A stretch of 63,087 nt of DNA, filler included, from Parasitella parasitica NRRL 2501 (lineage: Eukaryota > Fungi > Mucoromycota), in the NCBI GenBank assembly GCA_025201805.1. It is 4 parts of 4 records of this genome, joined end to end, with 100 filler letters (N's around TTAATTAATTAA, not from the genome) between each part and the next. Parts side by side here need not be neighbours in the genome. Positions count along the whole stretch, not along the records: positions 48,551 to 60,946 come from MU619306.1; positions 61,047 to 63,087 come from MU619583.1; 2 more parts are not named here. One strand, 5' to 3'. A program made the translations under genes and the position numbers. The notes under the pieces are model-generated. The model was not told where the DNA came from. It was given only the letters and a program-made list of their open reading frames with translations, and did no database searches. How positions within the stretch are numbered: the stretch's first letter is position 1; each line of letters begins with the position of its first letter. Shown in pieces: positions 53,830 through 63,087 of the stretch.

Positions 53830-55786
53830 TAACGAGCTGTTTTACACCCCCCCGAACTACGGTGAAAAAAAATCGACCTTCGCTTCGCTACGGTGATATT
53901 TTTCGACCTTCGTTCTTATTGGGGGGGTGCACAGCTCGCGCCTGCAGTGGGCTGTCCCACTTAAAACACAATGCTAAATTAAACGAAATATAAAACAATG
54001 GGTGGGAAAATAACATTTTTGTATTGTATAAAAATATGATGTATAACGATTGTTTGGCATGGATTTTTTGTTTAAATCCTCGAGTCAAGTTGGTTGATTT
54101 CGAAAAATCTCAGTATAACGTTTGATGTATATACTCCTTCTTGGCTTGGGATTGATGATGATTGAGAATCAACCAAAATTTTGATGTCATCTGGCCTTTT
54201 AACCCGAGATAGGGCGACGTATAATTGGCCATGCGAGAAAACTGGGACTGGAAGATACAGCCCTACAGAGTCCAGAGTTTGACCTTGCGATTTATTTATC
54301 GTCATGGCAAAAACTGGCCTGACAGGGAACTGACAACGCTTGAATTCTACGCCGACTTGCTCAACTGTCGAGTTTAAGGTAACTCAGGGTATGAGCACAA
54401 CATTGCCTTGATAAGGTCCAGTTGCAACTTCAGCCTGGATAGTGTTCCTTGTGAATGCTCGACAAATAAGCCTTGTACCATTACAAACACCGTGAGCAGG
54501 ATCGATGTTTCTGAGCATCATGATTGGCGAGCCAATTTTCAACTTGAGCTGGTGAGGTGGAAGACTACCACAGTTGAGAGAATTCATGAATTCTGATGGC
54601 AGCTCTAAAGCATCGTCTTCACTCAACGCCGTGTCAGTACTCAGGAATTCAGTGAATTCGCCGGGAAACTTCTCAAGCATGAAGTCATTTACTTCAGAAA
54701 CAAAAGCATTGGTCGGCGTCAGGATGGCCTTAGACATCAAGTTGTTACGGGTGGTATCAGCAGTGTGTGTAAAGTTGTTGCAGACATGTTGGCAGAGGAC
54801 AGAAATATCATTGCCATGCAGAAGCATATATTCGGGAATACGAATCAAGTCGGCTGTATTGGGCTGAATAGGAATGGAGCCATTGCCAATAGCAAGCAAA
54901 AAATCAGCAAAATTTTGCAATGAGGTTGCCAATGCAGCGTTATGTAATGACATGGCTTGTTGAACCCTCATGTTTGTTGTCAACCCAAGTATTTGTACAT
55001 GTGGCTAAAGGTTTGAGGTAAGAATGCATGCTTGAATGATTTCTTCTTTACTTCCATGAGGAACCACAGGTAAAACTTGACGAAAATCGCCACCAAATAC
55101 AAAAAGTTTTCCTCCAAAGGGAACATCAGCCAGTCTTTCGTCTACTTGCTACATGATATCTTTGAATGTCCTGTCTACTGTTTCAAGAACATCACGGCTG
55201 ATCATCGACGCTTCATCCCAAACAATAACCGCTGACAAAGCAATTAGTCTTGCGCCAGGAGACCTTGGTCTCAAAGAACACACAGATGAATCATTGCAGC
55301 TAAGTGGGATTCTAAACCTTGAATGAGCAGTGCGGCCACCTTTTAACAGAAGAGCCGCTGTACCGCTTACTGCAACAGAAAGAGCTATGTTACTTGTTCT
55401 TCTAACGGCTTCAAGGATGGCATTAAAAAGGAATGTTTTCCCAGCACCCCCAGGACCGTCAATAAAAAATAAATTGTTTGCAAGATGAGCTTGTTGTGTA
55501 ATGGAGTGATTGTCAAGTGCTTTCATAACAATTCTGTCAAAGATTAACCTTTGATCAGAATTGAATGGCAAGTCGGCAGGGTCAACCATAGACAGTTCTG
55601 CTTCGAGGCAAAGCTCACGTTGTTCACGCTCCAGTCTATCCATCTGACCAAATTCGCTATCAAAGTTGTCTCTTCTGTCAACAGTAGGCAATACAAATCC
55701 TTCAAAGTCAGTTATGCTGATGTTTTGTGCATTAAGCAGGTCATTGATATCCAGGATGCAGTTATTGTACGCACGTTCTTTCATTG

Positions 55787-55997
55787 TGTTATATCAATAA
55801 CATGGCAAGGTCTCAGATCAGGATCTCACATCAGTCCCAGGGTCTTACAGTAAATCATGGGTAGTCATGATTTACATTATGCAGCTAGACAGTAGAACCC
55901 TAGTGTGATGAATGTGTATATAATACATCGAGAGATGTATTATGAATAAAGGTGTAATTCTTTGGCAGATTTATTTTATCAGACTTTTGACATAACA
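55787..55997 (+). mobile_element. 211-bp solo LTR inserted in the Helitron ORF
   Basis: TGTTAT...ATAACA termini; CATTG TSD at 55782-55786 and 55998-56002; removal restores TESM-KERAY in frame. Confidence 0.92.
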
Positions 55998-57512
55998 CAT
56001 TGACTCTGTGAGGGATGGGGTTTCCTCTGTCAGCAGATAAGACCTCTGAGCAAGCAAATAGTCGTCGGATAGATTGTCCCTATGAGAATTGAAAAGTCTG
56101 AATGGTTCTGACGGTTCACAGAAGAGCAAAATTGTAGAAAACAATCTTCTAAGCATCTTGGGAGACCTGAATGTAGCACCTTCGATCAAACACAGATCCC
56201 ATTGTTCATCGTCATTTAACAGACCCAAAGCCCTTGCGGCAGCTTGAAAGGTTTCATGTAGTATTCCATCTACAGTTCTGACATCTTCGAAACTCTGTGC
56301 ACCACGAACATGAGTTAACAGCATTTGCAAGTAGAATTTTTCTGGATCCCTCGGTGAAACAGAGTACATTCTACCTATGGTTTCACGAATGCCTCTCTGC
56401 CTTCGCTGCCACCTGCCTTCTTTTTTCTGCCATGTATAAAATTCAGAAAACTCTGTGTACAAATACTGGCGTGCACTGATGATGTCAACTTGATTGCATT
56501 CAAACCAAGCAGTTAGCGTTGTATTTCTGGTCGCAGCATTTGAAGCTAACACTTGTTGTAGGTCAGAGCCTTCCTCAAAAAAAACAGTTTGCTGGCCAGG
56601 AAGATGAATGCTGAGGCGTTGGTGGGACGAATACTCTTTATGCAGGGAAAAGCCAAATATTCTCCAGGCAGCTTCAGGTGCTGAAACGTAGCGTGCATCC
56701 ACAAAGTGGTTTATTTCATCGTGGCTGACTACGCCATTGTTGCTATTCTGCTGCTGTTGATTATTACTGTTGTTGCTGTTGTTGCTGTTGTTGCTGATAA
56801 GAACATTTGCTCTATCGTGGCCTTTATAGACGTATTTATAAATGTATTTTACGGCAGCAACATTACTGCAAATTTCTACGTTGATGTGTGCGTCGTATTT
56901 GGTACATAAAAAAATATTATGGGGTACAACCCATGTGTTGTCCAAAGCAACTCCAGTACTTCTGCTAATCACCTGTCTACCATCTCTTCTTCTTCTATAG
57001 ACCGGATAGCCTGTTTCTGCTGTTATCGTTGTTTCTGCATATCTTTTTGGGAAGCCTTTAGAGCACTTTGTATCCTTCATACAGACAGCGTTGGGTTTCA
57101 GCGACCCGCACGGGCTATGCATCATGTTCCTGGTGACAGTAGCATATGCTAGTGGAAATTGATTCTGGTCCGGTATTTCGGCGGATACAACTTGATCATA
57201 CAGCCTGCTGATGTTCGCAGCTTATCTTCTGGGCATACAATAATCAGAATATGAGCGTGTGGTAAACCACGTTTCTGGAATTCGATGACGCTGACATGCC
57301 CAATTACTTTGCCCAAGATATCATTATTTGTTAAATCTTTCATTAATTCTTTAAATTTCAGTCGAAACACTCTTGAGCATAAATCTGGTCGGTCAGCAGC
57401 AGTTTGTCCAAACAAAAGCTCATTTTGTATTTCTGGCCAGTTGGGGTTGCAGGTAAATGTTATAAAGTAATCGGGCTTGCCAAGCCGTCTTACAATACTC
57501 ATTGAGTCTTGA

Positions 57513-57923
57513 TGATCTGCCATAATTATAGACAGAAGATCATGACAATGTACTTCAATTGAAGATTGAAGATTGTCCAATGATGTGATGTGATACGCTT
57601 GTGTAAATTGGAGAATAAAGTCTCTGTTTCAAATCAAGAAGGTTATTCCTGTAAGTAACACAGATCTGAGCACCAGGATAAAGGTTAAGGCTCTGTCAGA
57701 TCAAAGACGTGTAGCCCTTGCTATATAACCTCATATCGTACCCTGTCAAGTAGATTGTCACTGTGAATTAGTCTTGTCAATTAGTAATCTAAATAAGTCA
57801 CCATAAATTTATGTAGTTGTAAAAAGTATAAATAGCAGATGCAATTTCGATCTTAAATAAAGTATCTTTAGTTTTTCGTATCTCGTTAACCTTTGGTTTT
57901 TTTATTATCTTTTTGATCCAACA
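57513..57923 (+). mobile_element. 411-bp solo LTR inserted in the Helitron Rep domain
   Basis: TG...CA termini; CTTGA TSD at 57508-57512 and 57924-57928; removal restores HMAQLYQ-DSMSIVR. Confidence 0.92.
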
Positions 57924-60004
57924 CTTGATATAATTGAGCCATATGTCTTGGTCCTCCAATGAAGGAGCTAGGAAGTATTACTTCCAGACCAAGAGAGTTG
58001 GTGTCCGTATCATCATGTGCAATTGCGTCTTGTAAACCACGATAGAGCTTAGAGCGAAGGCTGGATTGATTGTGGCGAATAAAATTCAAACAAAACTGTT
58101 CAATTTTGGCGTACATGTCGACAATGTACTGGTGAAACAGTTTTCCAAACAAATGAAGACAATGATCAGAAACTCTATACAACATTAAACGAAAGCTGTA
58201 AAATTGCATGGTAGACACCTTTATACCACTCTCTGAAACGCAATCCATGGTCCATCCACCTTGCCCAGAAGGAAAAAGCAAAACATAAGCCATTGGGTCG
58301 TACATCTGATTCAGCTCGCTAACTCTTTGGAACCCGCCATCCTGAGGTCTGATCACAATATCTCGATACTTTGGCTGGTCATTGTCTTATCTTCTACCGC
58401 TACCCAAAATTAATACGCCTACCTCTGTCGAGGTCGTAGGTGCATTATATCATCGAGGATCTGGGGCTCCCTCAGCTCTAAAAACCATCGAAATATCTTG
58501 TACTTGTTCGGGATTTTCTCTTATAAACTGGGCCATTGTTTTAAAGTCTCGCACAATCGGATTGATTCGATGCATTAAGAGTTGTAGCTCTTCCAAAGTC
58601 TGAACATCTACATGAGTGGCTACTGAATGTCTGTTGCTGGCATCATTGCTGGCATCATAAACGTAAATCTGAGCAAATGCAGGCGGACTATTCTCAGTTG
58701 GAAGTAAGGACCCAATTCTATGGTAAATGCTTCCATGGATTCTGAATGCGTAAGCACCACCACGTGAATTTTGAACACTACTATCCAGGTTAACTCCCAT
58801 TGACGTAAAGCCAAGTGCGTTGTTATAAGAGCGCACATTTTTCTTGAACTCTACGCTTCTAAGATTGTTGTTTTGGACCAAATCAGCAATAGCTCGTGGC
58901 GTAGCTTCTAAAGGCGGAAGAACATATCGGCCTAAACCGCAGCATAATTGGAATCTGGTGGTCGAAACTCCTCCCTCAGAACGCTCGTGAACCCACATCA
59001 ATGCATTTCAAGAAGGGCATCTAGTAGACATTCCACCTAAAACATGTCGCTCAGGAAGATGAGCAGTCTGCATGGCAATTTTGAAAAGGCTCTGCTCCGT
59101 TTGTCTGGTAGCATTCAATGGACAAAGGCGGTTTGTCCTGCGTGAATGTCCAAGCTGTTGACATGCTGCGCATCAAACCTGGGTATTTCTCGTCAGCAAT
59201 TTTAATATTAGCCGCAATAGTTCTAAGTTTGACCTAGAATATCATCAAAACTAAATGCATCTTCAGAAAACTCAGAAGAACCGAATAAAAATAAATCAAA
59301 ATGGTCAGATTATCTAGATAAAAAGATGAAACAAAAATTTGAATTGGCAAAAAATTTTGACGATCCTGAACATTTGGTAATCCGGGTTCCATGTCGACAT
59401 CCATGGCATCGATCTATCAACAGAGAAAGCAAAATTAATACACATTGAAGAAAAAAGGGGCAAGTAAATTTACGTTGTCGTTAGCATCCGTGGTGGAAGC
59501 AGCAATATTTTCAGCATTTGCAATGTTGGCAGGATTGACTGGGCAAATCCTATGAGATCTACGACTATGACCCGTTTGATTACACGAAGCGCATCGCTGA
59601 ATATTGTCTGTATTGTTTGACATAATTTTAGAGTAGACAATTCCTATGAGATCTAGTGGAATATTCGAAGTGTGGGATCAGATGATTTATATTATGAAGA
59701 ATAGTTTTTTATTGAATAAATAATTCTATTGTATTTATACTAATTCTAATCGTTTGCTACGACATAAATAACTCTACTGTATATTTATACTAATTCTAAT
59801 TGTTTGCTACGGCATACCACTTTCTATGTTGATACCAATTAGGACCTCTTAGAATATACTCGAACTAATGCATAGTTGGTATTACTACGGAAGCTTACCA
59901 AGCAAACTTCTCGTACATTCTGGCACTGTCCTTAGCTTTTTGAAGCGCTTGTTCTTCAGAGACACACACACACACAAATTTCTTAAATTAGGTGGGGTAT
60001 AAGT

Positions 60005-60946
60005 TGTTATGTCAAAATAAGTCAGTAAAATGAATCTGCCAAAGAGTTACACTTTTATTAGAAATACATCCTCTGGATGTATTTATATAAACTAACCATA
60101 ATAATACTGTCTGTGCTAACGTCATCATACACAACTGTAACCAAGATTTATATACAGTATAGAGCATGCGGTGCACTGTAAATCCCTGATTTACCACGCA
60201 CATTGGCTTTTAACCCCTTGGTCTTGCTACAAGGTCTATGGCATTTTATTGATATAACAGCCTCAATATTCAAGTAAAGTGGGAAGATTATGATTTATTT
60301 TTTAGTTGTGTTTATTATGTTTTTTATCAAAAAAAAAAGTGCTGAAAAATTATAAATCGAGCGATTAATTTGGCTAAGTCAACCCCAAAATCTTAAAAAC
60401 AAAAAAACAGGGTTTCCCCCTGTTTTGATGTTAGGCGGAATTTGAAATTCGACCAAAAATAGAAATTGGTAGAATTTCAATGAATACCCCCCCCCTCAAT
60501 AGCCGAAAAATGCCTTACCACACTTCACAGCTTCGGATAAAATGGCCCATCTCAAAAACTGCTAGGGTAAGCACAGTCGATGAGTAGAAACAGCCTACAT
60601 GCTCCTGTATGACCCGGATAAAAAGCTAATGTCAAGTTTCAATGATAGGCTATCCACTTGACATCAAGAGAGAACTAAAACTACAAATGTAAACTTTTCA
60701 ATTAGTAAGAAAACTCTCACAAAATCATAATAAATGATAATACCTGAATGAACTATTGCACTAGAAACACGCCATCCTGTATATTGTTTTCTTGTAATAG
60801 GTACTATAAAAAATGTGCATGAGAGTGTTAGTTATGGTCTTTTAGAAAACGTATGTATTATTCACTGTCTTTAAGGAAAAAAATCGACTTTACCCAGAAT
60901 CAAAGCGGTACAAAGTATAGTACCAGCAATAATGAACACAAATTGC
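60005..60946 (-). mobile_element. Third, inverted copy of the LTR-retroelement fragment (LTR 60005-60259 plus internal sequence)
   Basis: Reverse complement of 51118-52049. Confidence 0.85.
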
Positions 60947-61789
60947 NNNNNNNNNNNNNNNNNNNNNNNNNNNNNNNNNNNNNNNNNNNNTTAATTAATT
61001 AANNNNNNNNNNNNNNNNNNNNNNNNNNNNNNNNNNNNNNNNNNNNATTAAAGCAGTAACAAACAGAGATTTGAACCTTTCGCCAGTTGCAAAAGTAGAA
61101 GCTTCGTTAAAACGATTAATCCAGTCGCCATCATCTTGTACGAAGCCCAGTGCAAGCTAAAATTTTCATTCATGCTAAAGCGGTCAAGATTTTCTCACTA
61201 GGATGTCAGGAAGCTCTACCTCAATTTTCCATAGAGTTACGGTGTCTTCAAAATTAAGCCATCTTGAAGATGTTCTTACCCAGAACATCCAAGTGCTCAA
61301 ATGCGACCTTTTTTAGTTTGCATTTTTCGAGTATGCGTTTTTCTTTTGTGCAAATATAGTTTAAACCGGACCAAAGTGTGCAATTTACACGGTAGCTATA
61401 GTGCCCATTTTAATTTGCTTACCTGTGTTAACACAGCCTAATTTTTATACAGTGAACTATCATTCTCATTTACACTCTTGTTGTACCTGTTAGCCTAGCT
61501 GGGTTTCAGGCATTACATCAAGCATCACTATATACAAAACATCATGTTTGCGTAAGATTGATCTCTGTTTTCTTTTTTCTCTACGCTAAATTTTTTTTTA
61601 CACATATGTAATGCTACTACCTATATAAAGTTCGACTAGTTTCTTATTTTGAGGTGTCTTGATAGCACTTGCAATTTATATCAAAAGAGATTTGGAATTG
61701 AAACGTTCACAAATATCACAAGTAGAACAATACCAACAGTTTTATTATCGTAAAAAAAGAGGAAAAGCAGTTTTATTCCTCGTTCTACA

Positions 61790-63087
61790 CTAAAGATTTA
61801 CGATATTGCCAGCATTTACAAACATATCTTGTTCAAAAACATGATAGCTTCCTATCACACTAAATTTCAGCTCGTCTTCCAGAGATTGTACAAGTCCAAC
61901 TTGCAGCAAAATATCAACAATTTTGGTAACAGCATATTTGGATTCGATCACTCGTTCGTTCCCTATGGCTAACTGTTGCAATCGACTTTGGTTCATGTAG
62001 ACCACTGGAATGGATTTGTCGTGGCTTGCAACTGTATGCCTTTTCATCACTTCGACAAACGCCAAAAAGTATCTCTCGCCTTGAAAGGTATGCTCGAAGA
62101 AAAAAAGTATTGTACCAACAAACCAGTGAGGAATGGATCGGCCATTTATGCTGTGTCTATGGTAGCTTCTGAACATGACCTGATGATTTCCTCTTCTAAA
62201 CTCTTCAATTTTTTTTCTGTAGCGTTCACAAGGGATTTCGATCGTATTTACCCAAGCTCGCAACGCAACAACAAAGACCAGAGCACCTGGAGCTGCCAAA
62301 GCATCATCAGAAAACAAACGACGATAAAATTTGGCAAGCGCTTTTTTGATCTTTCGAATCGTAACGTTTTCAAAGGTTTCATCCAGAGCAGCATTTTGGA
62401 AATCGTGGTTTTCGAATGGTTCCCACAACTGATTAGATGGATTGGGATGATCTAAGAAACTGGCGGAAGAGTATGGTGGAGGGCAAATACCTTGCAAATG
62501 ACTATTCGTGTCAAAAGTCCTTTTGACAAAGTTTCGGATTGCCACAGTTTCAATCAAATTTGAAGCCTGCTTGTGGGTTTGAACTTTGCCAGTAATCAAA
62601 TCGCTGAATCTACCAATAGATCTATGTATCCTCAATTACACACATTAGTTGAAGGTAATTTACTTTATAAAAAGCTGCTATTGTCTTACCTTTCCTGTGA
62701 TCTTGTAGAGTATACAACAAGTGGTTCTTGGCGCCGAATGATCCAGGATATGTGCGAAAGGTAATGCATTACAGGACGAAAAATAGAAACCGATAGCTCT
62801 CTTTCATCTCTCTTTTGTCTACAATAGTTGTGAAAGAAGGAAATGTAATCTTGGATCTCATCTAAATTGTCTTGGGTAAAACTTCATTGCAGAGAGAGAC
62901 ACATTCCACGGGTACGAGCCATTATTGCTTTTTTTGCCTCTGAATCTCTTAATTCTGGCACTATCAAGGTTGGTACAACATACTGTACGTCATAAAATTT
63001 AAAAAGATTAAATCAGCATCTTTTTACCATTGTTTCAAAATTCAATTTACCAAAGCAAAATCAAGATAGTCTACTGCTCGAGTTCCT
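61790..63087 (-). pseudogene. Degenerate CACTA/EnSpm-type transposase, C-terminal part, running off the window end
   Basis: ...VVPTLIVP..., IFRPVMHYLSHI, RSIGRFSDLI, WFVGTILFFFEH...YFLAFVEV; contains stops and frameshifts. Confidence 0.65.

Larger units (their letters stand above)
53833..59623 (-). mobile_element. Helitron (Rep-Pif1 helicase) transposon, pseudogenised
   Basis: CCHC knuckles, PSSFIGGPRHM, FITFTCNP.W, HUH motif IEFQKRGLPHAH, Y2 motif KYIYKYVYKG, Walker A DGPGGAGKT, DEASM, GGDFRQ, MTINKSQGQT, FSHGQLYVALSR; 3' hairpin ending CTCG; in-frame stops and two LTR insertions; 5' terminus not located. Confidence 0.96.

Overview
Eukaryotic genomic DNA. It is AT-rich with short GT-AG introns, and the gene content, notably a rhizoferrin-type NIS synthetase, points to an early-diverging fungus, most likely Mucorales. 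There are two compact gene blocks. The first (~2.5-22 kb) holds prolidase, mitochondrial RRF, UGP1, Sfh5-like, a Pcl cyclin, an RlpA/expansin-like protein, an HMG-box protein, an amino-acid transporter, a small orphan ORF, HVA22/REEP, NIPSNAP and CEM1. The second (~29.8-45.5 kb) holds an Ndt80-family TF, a FANCC-like gene, 14-3-3, C8orf76-like, rhizoferrin synthetase, a PPR protein, ARMC7, a 2H phosphoesterase and a coactosin-like protein. Repeat-rich islands (1-2.4 kb, 22-29 kb, 46-63 kb) contain a tRNA-Phe, nested solo LTRs with visible 5-bp target-site duplications, a ~335-bp tandem/dispersed repeat, a decayed Helitron and a degenerate CACTA-type transposase. The most notable observations are an unannotated multi-exon gene that resembles Fanconi anemia core subunit FANCC once spliced, ATCWGATAA iron-repressor motifs upstream of both the siderophore synthetase and the Sfh5-like gene, and convergent gene pairs whose stop codons are 2-4 bp apart. 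All protein identifications come from motif recognition by eye; no searches were run.
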